This document shows positions 20,294 to 30,440 of a stretch of DNA of 64,000 nucleotides, piece by piece. The position numbers and the translations under genes are program-made. The notes beneath the pieces are model-generated. The model was given only the letters and a program-made list of their open reading frames with translations. It made no database searches and had not been told where the DNA came from. The stretch's first letter is position 1. Each line of letters starts with the position of its first letter. The stretch comes from Candidatus Hydrogenedentota bacterium (GTDB lineage Bacteria > Hydrogenedentota > Hydrogenedentia > Hydrogenedentales > SLHB01): positions 832,001-896,000 of the forward strand of contig CAXXTH010000010.1 of assembly GCA_963668025.2 (NCBI GenBank), read 5' to 3'.

Positions 20294-23152
20294 ATGAAAA
20301 CATCCGAACCTCGCCGGGGGATCGAGCGAAAGATCCTCTCCGCAATCTTGTGGATTGGCGGCGTCGCGTTAGGCGTGGCGCTGGTGGCGGGGTATGTGTT
20401 GTTACGGACATGGCGCGGCCACGCCATGGAGCAAGTATTGCTCCTCGGCTCGTTAGGGCTGTGTGTCCTCGCTATCTCCTTTCTCTGTATTAGCGCCTAC
20501 AGGAATGTACACAACAACATCGTCCGAAATCTGCTCCTTCTCAAGGAAGGCGCCCAGCGAATAGGCCAGGGCGACCTCTCGCTCAAACTAAAAATTTCCA
20601 CGGGAGACGAGATCGAGGAGCTGGCGTCTTCATTCAGCAGCATGGCGGAAGCCTTGCGCGGCAACATCAGCCGCCTGGAAGAATCCGAAGCCAAATACCG
20701 CAGCCTCGTCACATCGATGCGCGATGGCATTGTCCAGTGGGACCTCGATGGTGTTATTGGGCTTATAAATCCTATTGGCGCTCAGATTTTCGGATGCGGC
20801 ACACCCGAAGAACTCATCGGGAAAAAGCTGCAAGACGTATTTCCTGAAGGAGATGTGATTCAACGTGTCGCGGCGGAACTGGACCGCAAGGGATTTGTCG
20901 AGCGCTCCCGGTTCCGGCTGACACGCCAGGATGGGCGCGAGGTATGTTTGGAGCTTTCGGGCAACCTTATCCAGGATGACGCCGGTAATCCTGTAGGCAT
21001 CGAAGGCATCTTCCGGGATGTAACGACAGGCGTTTTGCTGGAACGCGAGGCGGGCGAACGGGCGGAACGGATCAGCGCTATTAACCAGATCGCGAATGTC
21101 ATTAATTCGAGCCTTCAAGCAGGGCTGCTCTACGAGAGCCTTGTGGTGGAGGTTAAAAAGCTTGTGGATTTTGACTTTGCCGCCATGTCGCTGCTCGATG
21201 AAGCGGAAGAGCGGTATGCCATGCGGCAGCTCTGGCCTGAACATGGTGAATTTCCGGGGCCCACGTGTTCGCTTCACGGAGATAATTGGGCCGCGCCGGT
21301 GGTCGCCCGCGCCAAACAATACTTGGTGGTGAATGATCTAGCCCAGCCGGGCGCTCCGCATATACAAGATTTTCCAAAAGATATTCGAAGCTGCCTTTGT
21401 GTGCCCCTCTATGCTACCGGCCGCATCATCGGCACGCTCAATCTCGGGTCGAAAGCCCCCTCGGCTTTCTCGACGCACGCCATTGAAGTGATGGAACAGA
21501 TAGCGCCCCACGTGGCCGTGGCCACGCGCAACGCCCAACTCCTCGAAAACCTGCAAGCCTCCTTGGATGAAGTGACGCTCGCCCAGCGCAAGCTCCATGA
21601 AGCAAATGAAGAATTAAAGACCTTGGATGAGATGAAGACGAACCTTCTCTCCAATGTCTCCCATGAATTGCGTACGCCCCTCGTTGCGGTCATGGGCTAC
21701 ACCGATATGATTTATAATGGGAAAGTCGGCCCTATCAATGAGCGGCAAAAAGAATACCTCGGCATCAGTTTGCGCAATATTGACAAGCTCGTGACCCTAA
21801 TCGAGAATCTTCTCGATTTCTCCCGGCTCCACCGGGGCGCTGAGACCCTCGTATTTGACACATTCAACCTGGTGAATTGCGCCCGCGCGAGCATCGAAAT
21901 CGTACGGCCTGTGGCGGATAGCCGCGAGATCTCTATCGAGCTTATCGCTCCCGACGAGCCCGTGCTCGTGGAAGGCGATAAAGGCAAGCTGGGACAGGTA
22001 TTCAACAATCTCCTTTCGAACGCAGTCAAATTCAACCCCCACAGCGGCAGCGTGACGGTCGAGATTCGCGTCAGCGAAGATTCCGTTGAGGCCATCGTGT
22101 CCGACACCGGAATTGGCATGCCGCCGGAAGCCCTCGAAAAAGTGTTCAGCCGTTTTTATCAATATGATAGCTCCTCGACACGCAAGTATGGCGGCACGGG
22201 CATAGGCCTGTCCATCGCCCAGGATATCGCCCGGCTCCATGGCAGCAGGCTGACGGTAACGAGTGAAGAGGGCAAGGGCAGTATTTTCCGATTCAGCTTG
22301 CCTTTGAAGATGGCTCGAGGACGCGATAAAAATACCAAAGGCAAGGCTCCCGACGCCCCCGCTGTGATGGAAACCCTATTGCTGGTCGAGCTTGTCACCG
22401 CGGACCGTGCGCTTTGTACGCAAGTGCGCATGATGCTTGACGCGGAGGGGCTGGATATCCTGGTGGCGGGCTCCACCTCGAACGCTGTTTCCATGGCGGC
22501 CAAATACAAACCCGACTGTATCATCGTGGACGCTGAAGCAGGGAGGACGAGCGAGGATGTTTTCGCGGAATTGCTGGAAGAGCCCGCAACGGCAGGCATT
22601 CCCTTTATTGTATTTACGGCGGATGATGATTTCATGGCGAATTACCGGCCCTGCATCGCATCGCACATCAAGCCGGGTTTCCGTAAAAGCACTCTTCTGA
22701 GCGCCATTCACTATGCCATGGGCCAAACCGTCAAAGCGGGTGAACGTTTTGGCGGGAAAATCTTGTGCGTGGATGATGACCGGGAGATCGTGACCTTCAT
22801 TACGCGCCTGCTCGGCGGAGAAGGCTATGTCGTCGAGTCCTGTGAGTCGGGCGAAGCCGCCTTGAAGCTCGTAGCTGGGCGCGAATACTCCCTTGTCCTG
22901 CTCGATATTGCCATGCCGGGCATTGATGGATGGGAAGCATGCCGCCGCATCAAGACCGATCCCCGTCTTGCGGGCATTAAAGTGTATATGGTCACCGCCA
23001 AACCGGTGGAGCTGAAAGACGCTCGAGGCAAAGACGCCGGCTCGGATGGGTATCTGCTCAAACCATTTAAAGCGAACGAACTGTTGGAGCTTGTACAGAG
23101 CATATGCCCGCCACACAATGATTCCACCTCGGATGGACAGAAAAACTCTTAG
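20294..23152 (+). CDS. Hybrid sensor histidine kinase (TM-HAMP-PAS-GAF-HisKA-HATPase-degenerate REC-REC)
   Basis: SHELRTPL H-box, NLLSNAVKF, DTGIG, GGTGIGL; canonical final receiver (VDDD, LLDIAMPG, KPF). Confidence 0.93.
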   Translation: MKTSEPRRGIERKILSAILWIGGVALGVALVAGYVLLRTWRGHAMEQVLLLGSLGLCVLAISFLCISAYRNVHNNIVRNLLLLKEGAQRIGQGDLSLKLKISTGDEIEELASSFSSMAEALRGNISRLEESEAKYRSLVTSMRDGIVQWDLDGVIGLINPIGAQIFGCGTPEELIGKKLQDVFPEGDVIQRVAAELDRKGFVERSRFRLTRQDGREVCLELSGNLIQDDAGNPVGIEGIFRDVTTGVLLEREAGERAERISAINQIANVINSSLQAGLLYESLVVEVKKLVDFDFAAMSLLDEAEERYAMRQLWPEHGEFPGPTCSLHGDNWAAPVVARAKQYLVVNDLAQPGAPHIQDFPKDIRSCLCVPLYATGRIIGTLNLGSKAPSAFSTHAIEVMEQIAPHVAVATRNAQLLENLQASLDEVTLAQRKLHEANEELKTLDEMKTNLLSNVSHELRTPLVAVMGYTDMIYNGKVGPINERQKEYLGISLRNIDKLVTLIENLLDFSRLHRGAETLVFDTFNLVNCARASIEIVRPVADSREISIELIAPDEPVLVEGDKGKLGQVFNNLLSNAVKFNPHSGSVTVEIRVSEDSVEAIVSDTGIGMPPEALEKVFSRFYQYDSSSTRKYGGTGIGLSIAQDIARLHGSRLTVTSEEGKGSIFRFSLPLKMARGRDKNTKGKAPDAPAVMETLLLVELVTADRALCTQVRMMLDAEGLDILVAGSTSNAVSMAAKYKPDCIIVDAEAGRTSEDVFAELLEEPATAGIPFIVFTADDDFMANYRPCIASHIKPGFRKSTLLSAIHYAMGQTVKAGERFGGKILCVDDDREIVTFITRLLGGEGYVVESCESGEAALKLVAGREYSLVLLDIAMPGIDGWEACRRIKTDPRLAGIKVYMVTAKPVELKDARGKDAGSDGYLLKPFKANELLELVQSICPPHNDSTSDGQKNS

Positions 23153-23187
23153 CGCAGCGTAGCCGCAACCAAAGAGCCGGATTTTAA

Positions 23188-23255
23188 ACCGCGAAATACA
23201 CTAAATACACTAAATACACTAAAATCCAGATGGGTAGGGTGGGGCTTGCCCCACC
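23188..23255 (+). repeat. Composite REP-like element: ACCGCG-(AAATACACT)x3 plus GTAGGGTGGGGCTTGCCCCACC
   Basis: Tandem 9-mers at 23194-23220, GTAG-tagged hairpin at 23234-23255; inverted homolog at 38258-38322. Confidence 0.75.
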
Positions 23256-23461
23256 GTTCAAAGGATTTACCGACAAAAGTACTATGTAAAAAATCGTAGG
23301 TCCTAACCAGTTAAAATACATTGGTTTACACAGTAAATCTTTGCAAGAAAACAACGTTTTGCCAGATAGTAGTCCAAAGATAAGTGTTCGGAGCGGCCTA
23401 TGGCCATACATCCGGGCATTCATGGAGCAATCGTCCAACACTCGGAAAGGCGGATCCTTCC

Positions 23462-24634
23462 ATGAAATATCGCCGTTTTGGAAGAACGGAACTTGATATC
23501 CCAGTCATCAGTTGCGGCGGCATGCGGTTCCAGCAGTCTTGGAAAGCCGATGACCCGGTAGGCGAGGAAAGCCAGCAGAATCTCGAGCAATGCATACGCC
23601 GCGCTTATGAACTCGGGATTAACCATTTCGAGACGGCTCGCGGTTATGGCACAAGCGAGCAGCAGCTTGGGCGTATTCTTCCCGGCATGCCGCGGGAGCG
23701 CATCATTGTGCAGACCAAGGTGAATCCGAACCGGGATTCCAAGATATTCGCGGACGCTTTCGAGCTTTCCATGCGCCTGCTACGGCTCGATTATGTGGAC
23801 TTATTCGCCATCCACGGCGTGAATAACGATGACCTTTACGAACAAGCCTCCGCTTGCATCGAGCAAGCCCTGGAATGGAAACGCCAGGGGCGCATTCGCT
23901 GGCTTGGATTTTCGACCCATGGCCCTGCGGATGTGATTATACGCACCATCAAAACGGGCGTCTTCGACTATGTAAATCTGCATTGGTATTACATTTTCCA
24001 AAACAACTGGCCCGCTATAAAAGCAGCGCGCCAGCGCGATATGGGTGTCTTCATCATCAGCCCTAACGATAAAGGCGGCCTGCTGTACAAGCCCAGCGCT
24101 AAAGTCGAGGCCCTCACGGCGCCGTTGCATCCTATCGTGTTCAACGATCTTTATTGTCTTGCCCGCCCTGAAGTGCATACGTTGAGCTGCGGCGCCTCCT
24201 GCCCTGATGATTTCGATATTCACGCGGAGGCCGCCGACAGGCTAGATGAGGCCGAGGCGCTGGCGGGTCCCATAGCCGCCCGGCTTGATGCGGAATGCGT
24301 GCGCATGCTTGGCCAAGAATGGATGGACACTTGGCATGCAGGCCTGCCGGAATGGCATGAGACGCCCGGCCATATCAATATCCCCGTCATGCTGCACTTA
24401 CGGAATCTTGTACTGGCTTTCGATATGCTCGAATATGCCCGCATGCGCTACAACCTGCTTGGCAATGGCGGCCATTGGTTTCCTGGCAACCGCGCGGACC
24501 ATCTCGAAGAACTGGATCTGTCTGAATGTCTGGCCGCGTCGCCCCATCGGGAGCTCATCCCTCGATTGCTGAAAGAAACGCATGAAATGCTGGCGGGTGA
24601 ACGCAAAAAACGCTTGCAACAAGAGGAAGGCTGA
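23462..24634 (+). CDS. Aldo/keto reductase family oxidoreductase
   Basis: MKYRRFGRT, GINHFETARGYG, LDYVDLFAIHG and GFSTH motifs. Confidence 0.92.
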   Translation: MKYRRFGRTELDIPVISCGGMRFQQSWKADDPVGEESQQNLEQCIRRAYELGINHFETARGYGTSEQQLGRILPGMPRERIIVQTKVNPNRDSKIFADAFELSMRLLRLDYVDLFAIHGVNNDDLYEQASACIEQALEWKRQGRIRWLGFSTHGPADVIIRTIKTGVFDYVNLHWYYIFQNNWPAIKAARQRDMGVFIISPNDKGGLLYKPSAKVEALTAPLHPIVFNDLYCLARPEVHTLSCGASCPDDFDIHAEAADRLDEAEALAGPIAARLDAECVRMLGQEWMDTWHAGLPEWHETPGHINIPVMLHLRNLVLAFDMLEYARMRYNLLGNGGHWFPGNRADHLEELDLSECLAASPHRELIPRLLKETHEMLAGERKKRLQQEEG

Positions 24635-24726
24635 GGCTGCTGTAGATGAAGAAAACAGGGGATGCCAATTGACTCGCGCCATGGCCACGGCGTAGCATCT
24701 GCATATGCGCCGCGCCATGCAAGCAA

Positions 24727-25761
24727 ATGGAGTGCTGTATGCCTATGCAAATGGTGTTTCCTAGTCTAAAACGGTTATGGACACGAATGCCGCTCGTTGT
24801 GGTTTCTATAGTTATTGTGCTGGTTTCCGGGCAGGTGGCCGCCCAGGAACCTGAGCTGCGTGTGGTTACTCTGGCTACGCAATGGATTCCTCAATCTCAA
24901 TTCGCGGGATTCTATATGGCCCGCGAGAAGGGGATTTACGCCAAGAACGGCCTTGATGTCACCATAATGCCTGGCGGCCCTGAATCCGCGCCGGGCGTCC
25001 GGCTTAAATCCGGCGAAGCCCATTTCATGACCAGCGATCTCGCCTCCGCGCTGATATTGCGCGATAAGGGCGTGCCGCTCGTCAATATTGCCCAGCTTGG
25101 CCAGCGCACGGCGCAATTGCTGGTCGCCCGGAAATCCGATGGCATCAACACGCTGAAAGATCTCGACGGCAAACGGGTGTCGGTGTGGTCCACGGCGGAG
25201 ACGCAGCCGCTGGCCTTGTTCCGTTCACAGAAGATGAACGTCGAAGTGCTCCTGCAGGGTTCGACCTTGAATCTCTTTCTCAGGGGCGGCGTGTCCGCGG
25301 CGTCCGCGAAATGGTATAACGAGTATCATGTGCTGCTGAACTGCGGGCTTGATGAAGAGGAGATGACCGTTATTCATTATGATGAATATGGGCTTAATTT
25401 CCCCGAGGATGGCATCTATACCCTCGAAACTTTGGTGCAAACCGACCCTGATATGTGCCGCCGCTTTGCCGCTGCTTCCATTGAAGGATGGAACTACGCC
25501 TTCACGCACAAACAGGAAACCCTGGATGTCATGATGCGCTACGCCGACGCCGCCCATACGGGCACGAACAGGGTTCACCAGCAATGGATGCTCGACCGCA
25601 TGAAAGACATTTTCATGCCTCCTGGCGGAAAAACACCCATGGGGCGGCTGCAAGAAAAGGATTACGAAACCACGGCGCAAGAAATGCACGCGTGTGGATT
25701 CATACAGGCTGTTCCAGCAATGAAAGAGATGTATGCACCTGTCCTTTTTGCGTCCAACTAA
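24727..25761 (+). CDS. NMT1/THI5 (SsuA-like) periplasmic binding protein (start uncertain)
   Basis: QWIPQSQFAGFYMAREKGIY..GLDVTI.PGGP signature; hydrophobic signal segment. Confidence 0.88.
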   Translation: MECCMPMQMVFPSLKRLWTRMPLVVVSIVIVLVSGQVAAQEPELRVVTLATQWIPQSQFAGFYMAREKGIYAKNGLDVTIMPGGPESAPGVRLKSGEAHFMTSDLASALILRDKGVPLVNIAQLGQRTAQLLVARKSDGINTLKDLDGKRVSVWSTAETQPLALFRSQKMNVEVLLQGSTLNLFLRGGVSAASAKWYNEYHVLLNCGLDEEEMTVIHYDEYGLNFPEDGIYTLETLVQTDPDMCRRFAAASIEGWNYAFTHKQETLDVMMRYADAAHTGTNRVHQQWMLDRMKDIFMPPGGKTPMGRLQEKDYETTAQEMHACGFIQAVPAMKEMYAPVLFASN

Positions 25762-27712
25762 TTGGAGCCTCGCGTTTAAGCTGGGCATGTTCATCTTGAT
25801 TGGAGCCACGGCGGTCTTCGCCGGGGTCTTCACGTATAACTATTACGAATCCCGGCGTGTTCTCATGAGGAACATCGAAGAAAGCGCGGGCAATCTTACT
25901 CTCGCCACCGTAAACCGCATCGAAACCGTCCTGCACGGCGTGCAGGCAGGCCCCAATTATCTTGCCCAGCGCCTGGAGCGAGGCCTCCCGGAGCAGGTAA
26001 GCGAAGTGGAAGCCATGCTGGCCGATTATGTGCGCGCCACGCCTTCGGCGTATGGCGCATGCGCCGCTTTCGAGCCGAACACCATCGAACCTGCGCAACG
26101 GTATTCCGCGCCATACGCTTGGCGTACAAATGGAAATATCGGCATTGGCCGGGTCGAATACGCGTATGATTTGTGGGATTGGTACATTATCCCGCGTGAG
26201 ATTGAGCGCCCACTCTGGAGCGAGCCTTATTATGACGACGCGGGCCAGATCATCATGTCCACGTATGCCTCACCATTTTTCCGCACCGTGGACGGCAAAC
26301 GCGAGGTGGGCGGGGTTGTCACGGCGGACTTATCACTCGAATTCTTGAATGATGTGGTGGGGGCCGTCAAGCTCGTGGGCACGGGCTACGCCTTTGTCAT
26401 CTCGCAAAACGGGCAATACGTCGTTCATCCGAAGCATGAATTCGTCATGCGGGAAAGCATCTTCAGCGTGGCGGAAGCCATGAACAGTCCAGAGCTCCGG
26501 CTGATCGGGCGGGACATGCTTCGCGGCGGTAAGGGATTCGTGAAGATCATTAGCCCGATGGATAACGAGCCCGCATGGATGTACTATGCGCCGCTGCCTG
26601 CCGCACAGTGGTCGCTTGGCGTGGTTATTACCGAAAAAGACCTGTTCGCCGAAGTGCGCGCCCTCGATCAGAAAATTATTTTGGCGGGAAGCGCGGGTTT
26701 GTTGTTGCTGGTCATTGTCGTGATGGCGCTGGCCGCCACGGCGACATCGCCCTTGCGCACCCTGACCCGCACGACCGCTGAAATGGCCAAGGGAAACCTG
26801 GATGTGGCGCTGCCGCCGCTACGTTCACACGACGAAGTGGGCGAACTCACCCATGCGTTCGACGGCATGCGCCTGTCGCTCAAGGCGTATATTCGCAATC
26901 TAACGGAGACGACGGCCGCCAAGGAGCGCATCGAGAGCGAACTGTCTATCGCGCGGCAAATTCAAATGGGCTTGCTGCCGCGTATTCTGCCCACATATCC
27001 GAACCGCCAGGAATTCGACATTTGCGCCGTCATCCAGCCCGCCAAGGAAGTGGGCGGCGACTTCTATGATTTCTTCTTCACCGATGACAACCGCTTCTGC
27101 TTCGCCATCGGCGATGTGTCGGGCAAAGGCGTGCCCGCTTCGTTGTTCATGGCCATCACGAAGACTTTGCTGGCGGTATCTGCATCACCTGAAGTAAAAC
27201 CTGCCACCATGTTCAATCAGGTTAACTTCCAACTTGCCCATGACAACCCGAACTGCATGTTCGTCACGTTGTTCTGCGGTGTCCTCGACCTCGAAACAGG
27301 CCTGTTGCTGTATACCAACGGTGGGCACAATCCGCCCCTTTGCCTGCGCGCTAGCGGCGAGACCTTGGAGATGCCGCCAAAAGGCGACCCGGTGCTGGGA
27401 ATCTTCGAGCATACGGAATACCATAATACCGAGTTGCAGATGAATCCCGGCGATGTGCTTTATCTCTATACGGACGGTGTTTCCGAGGCCATGAATACGC
27501 AAAGCCAGCTCTATTCCGATGCGCGGTTGCTGGCGCAAGTGGAAATGAGGCGGGAACTGCCCATCAAATCCATCATGGCCGGGATCCAAGACGACATCAC
27601 CGTTTTCGTGGAAGGAGCTCCGCAATCCGACGACATCACGATGCTATTGATTAAGTTCAAGGGCATTACCAAGGACGTGAATGGCAACGCTGCTCCTCTG
27701 GCGGAGGCATAG
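25733..27712 (+). CDS. Membrane sensor PP2C phosphatase (dCache-HAMP-SpoIIE/RsbU)
   Basis: dCache motifs DWY, WSEPYYD, GYAFVIS; HAMP DEVGEL; PP2C motifs VGGDFYD, GDVSGKG, YTDGVSEA, DDIT. Confidence 0.92.
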   Translation: MHLSFLRPTNWSLAFKLGMFILIGATAVFAGVFTYNYYESRRVLMRNIEESAGNLTLATVNRIETVLHGVQAGPNYLAQRLERGLPEQVSEVEAMLADYVRATPSAYGACAAFEPNTIEPAQRYSAPYAWRTNGNIGIGRVEYAYDLWDWYIIPREIERPLWSEPYYDDAGQIIMSTYASPFFRTVDGKREVGGVVTADLSLEFLNDVVGAVKLVGTGYAFVISQNGQYVVHPKHEFVMRESIFSVAEAMNSPELRLIGRDMLRGGKGFVKIISPMDNEPAWMYYAPLPAAQWSLGVVITEKDLFAEVRALDQKIILAGSAGLLLLVIVVMALAATATSPLRTLTRTTAEMAKGNLDVALPPLRSHDEVGELTHAFDGMRLSLKAYIRNLTETTAAKERIESELSIARQIQMGLLPRILPTYPNRQEFDICAVIQPAKEVGGDFYDFFFTDDNRFCFAIGDVSGKGVPASLFMAITKTLLAVSASPEVKPATMFNQVNFQLAHDNPNCMFVTLFCGVLDLETGLLLYTNGGHNPPLCLRASGETLEMPPKGDPVLGIFEHTEYHNTELQMNPGDVLYLYTDGVSEAMNTQSQLYSDARLLAQVEMRRELPIKSIMAGIQDDITVFVEGAPQSDDITMLLIKFKGITKDVNGNAAPLAEA

Positions 27713-27728
27713 CATATTGCTCTAACAC

Positions 27729-28514
27729 TCAGTCAAACAGAGGGATTCTAGAGCGCTTCTTGTACTCTGTTTTCCATTTCTCTGTCAAAGCCTGTGCTTC
27801 CGTGATTTGTTCAGGCGTCATTTTTTCGGAGAAAGAGTCTCGTATATGTTCTGGATCGGAGTATTTTGTAGTGCTGAGCCACATATACGCTTTGATGTAG
27901 TCTTGAGGAATACCTTCGCCTTTGGCATACATTTCACCGAGTTTCGCGTGCGCCACTATTTCTCCCTGTTCGGCAGCCCGGCGATACCACATCTGAGCTA
28001 TGACATAGTTCTGAGGAATGGCTTTGCCGTAATAATACATTTCGCCAAGCCTGGTCTCTGCGATCACATAGCCTTGTTCTGCCGCTTTGCGATACCACTT
28101 GAAGGCTTCGGCATAATCTTGCGGGATTTCTTTACCAGAATAATACATCCTCCCGAGGGTGAATTGCGCCAAATAATATCCTTGTTCTGCTGCTTTGCGA
28201 TACCATTTTATGGCTTCGGAGCTATTTGGGGGAACACCTTTACCTTCGCGATACATGTCTCCTAGATGACATTGCGCCAAAATATGCCCTTGCTCAGCCG
28301 CTTTCAGATACCATTGGGATGCTTTTTCATAGTCTTGTGGAACTCCATCACCTTCCTCGTACTTATACGCAAGATACCATTGGTCTTCCGGAGCTCCTCT
28401 TTCCGCATCTCTTATATCACTGGCTAAGCCATCCTCTTCTGATATTAGGCTACAAGATAATAGAGAGAGCAACATGAAGGCTGCTGCCATAACAAAAACA
28501 ACTTGTCTTTTCAT
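27729..28514 (-). CDS. Sel1-like repeat lipoprotein
   Basis: About five SLR repeats (AQ..LG.MY..G.G.PQDY..A..WY.KAAEQG); lipobox LLSC; AAGGAG RBS; visibly AT-richer than its neighbours. Confidence 0.9.
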   Translation of the reverse strand: MKRQVVFVMAAAFMLLSLLSCSLISEEDGLASDIRDAERGAPEDQWYLAYKYEEGDGVPQDYEKASQWYLKAAEQGHILAQCHLGDMYREGKGVPPNSSEAIKWYRKAAEQGYYLAQFTLGRMYYSGKEIPQDYAEAFKWYRKAAEQGYVIAETRLGEMYYYGKAIPQNYVIAQMWYRRAAEQGEIVAHAKLGEMYAKGEGIPQDYIKAYMWLSTTKYSDPEHIRDSFSEKMTPEQITEAQALTEKWKTEYKKRSRIPLFD

Positions 28515-28689
28515 TATCTTCTCCTTTGGACTATTATAGTGCTTATCCAAATTATTTCAAGGAGTCTTGATTCATATTTTCATGTTGTTTTCATATTTTT
28601 CCACGGGGACATATGGGACACGGGGGTGAGTGCTCCACAAACGTCACATGGTAAACATATCTCAAACTAATGGGAGATTCTATTTTCTC

Positions 28690-30237
28690 TCATGCCGGAT
28701 TATTATCCATTGCGCATGCGCGGCGGTATGCATAGGCCCACCATCCCAATCCAATAATCGAGACGAATGCGGAGCCGGTGAATGTCCACACATATAGGGG
28801 ATCATGCCCCGTCACGAGTTCCGCGGTGGGCGTGAAGGGGATGAAGCGTTCGGTCATGGTGTTGGCGATGCGGCCCACTTCCCAGGCGCGCATGTGGAGG
28901 AAGAGCATGAATCCCACATGAAGCACGGCGAAGCATCCGATGAGGCGCGCCCATGTATGCTGGGGATGGGCGTCGAGGAAGCGCTGGTAGCGCACTATAG
29001 CGATAGCGGCCAGCATCACCAGCAGCACGATGGTGAAGCGGGAAGGGGCCCGCTCGACGACGCTTAGGAAGGGAATGCCGAGTGCGCGGACGAAGTAGAA
29101 GTTGGCCTCGATCGTGAAAAAGGTGACGAGCAGCAGCGGCCCGTCATGAGCGGAGTAAGACTCTTGTTCAAGGCCATGCGGCGGCCGCATGCGCCACCAA
29201 ATGCCGCAGATGGCCAGGAAGAGGAATCCCGCGAAGCCAATATAGGCGTTGTGTTCCCATGGATACGAGATGGCCGCCCAATCGCCCCATGGGTCCACGT
29301 TGCTCCCGAGATTCACCAGGCGTGGCGTCGTGTGGTCGCGCAACACGGTCAATGCGCTCAACAGATCGCCTATCGAGGTGAATCCCAAGAGAAAGGACCG
29401 TTCCGAGCTTCCAAAGAAAAAGAACGCGGGGATTAGTTTCACCGCGCCCAGCAGGAAAGTCATTCCGGTAATTTGCGCCAGGCGGCGCATGGTGAGGCGC
29501 GATACTTGAAAGGCCGCCAGCAGCGCCAGATAAAGGCCGCATAAGACCACCACATGCAAGCCTCCTTGGAGCAGCATGACAAAGAACAGGATGGCGATCT
29601 GCAAGGCGCGCTTAAAAGGGAAAAAGTCCTTCTTTACATCGAGGGTGCAATAGATGAAGAACGGCAGGAGCAAACAACAGGTGAACTCCACATGGCCGAC
29701 GCCAAGGTGGGAGATGATATAGCCATTGAACAGGGCCAGTAGCAAGAACAGCCGGAACGTAACCAGCGAAAGCCGGTAGCGCCGTTTGAGAAGCAGGCAT
29801 CCATAAAAACCCAGCGCATAGAGCAAGATGGCGTTGATGATAAAAAATGGGCCCAGCGGAATCCATCGCAGCAACAGCACATGAGGCGAAAGGGGAATGT
29901 TGGGTATGGCCAATATGTGGCCGGTGCCATAATAATTAAACGATGCAAACAGGGGCGCTTGAAGATCCTGCAGGGCTTTCTGGAGGACGCCGTGAAAGGG
30001 AAACTCCCAGACCCAGTCATATACGGTTTTATCAATATGGCCATAGCTAAAAAAACGCACCCAATACAAGGCGTCGCCCAAGAAAAGACTCGCCAGAAAT
30101 ACCGCTTCCGTGACGCCGCGCACCATGCGGCCTGGCGGCGGCGGCGCAAATAGCCAGTCCGACATACGTGTGACGAGCGTGTTTAACCATGAATATTTTG
30201 AAACGTTTTGCTGTGTTTGCATGATATTTGTCCCCAA
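28690..30237 (-). CDS. Polytopic membrane protein, possibly GT-C/YfhO-like glycosyltransferase
   Basis: About 12 hydrophobic segments; GH, WE..AYIG and RAPSRF motifs reminiscent of YfhO-like proteins. Confidence 0.5.
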   Translation of the reverse strand: MGTNIMQTQQNVSKYSWLNTLVTRMSDWLFAPPPPGRMVRGVTEAVFLASLFLGDALYWVRFFSYGHIDKTVYDWVWEFPFHGVLQKALQDLQAPLFASFNYYGTGHILAIPNIPLSPHVLLLRWIPLGPFFIINAILLYALGFYGCLLLKRRYRLSLVTFRLFLLLALFNGYIISHLGVGHVEFTCCLLLPFFIYCTLDVKKDFFPFKRALQIAILFFVMLLQGGLHVVVLCGLYLALLAAFQVSRLTMRRLAQITGMTFLLGAVKLIPAFFFFGSSERSFLLGFTSIGDLLSALTVLRDHTTPRLVNLGSNVDPWGDWAAISYPWEHNAYIGFAGFLFLAICGIWWRMRPPHGLEQESYSAHDGPLLLVTFFTIEANFYFVRALGIPFLSVVERAPSRFTIVLLVMLAAIAIVRYQRFLDAHPQHTWARLIGCFAVLHVGFMLFLHMRAWEVGRIANTMTERFIPFTPTAELVTGHDPLYVWTFTGSAFVSIIGLGWWAYAYRRACAMDNNPA

Positions 30238-30440
30238 GACGGCAAGAGTCTGGCATAGCTTGAGTACCTTGTCAATTTTTCATAGCTGGCATAGGGAAAA
30301 GTAACGTGGCATGCAATAATAATGCTGAAAACTGGTGAGAAAATCGTAGTGGGCAATTGGGTATCGGAGTCATGATGTGTACCTGGAGTGTTCTTTGAAA
30401 TAGATCATAGCATTCACGAAGGAATAGAGGAGAGTATGCC

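Noticed and set aside
23194-23220. (AAATACACT)x3 as CRISPR array or iterons
   Set aside because: No spacers, only 9-nt units, and no cas or rep gene; it is part of a dispersed repeat.
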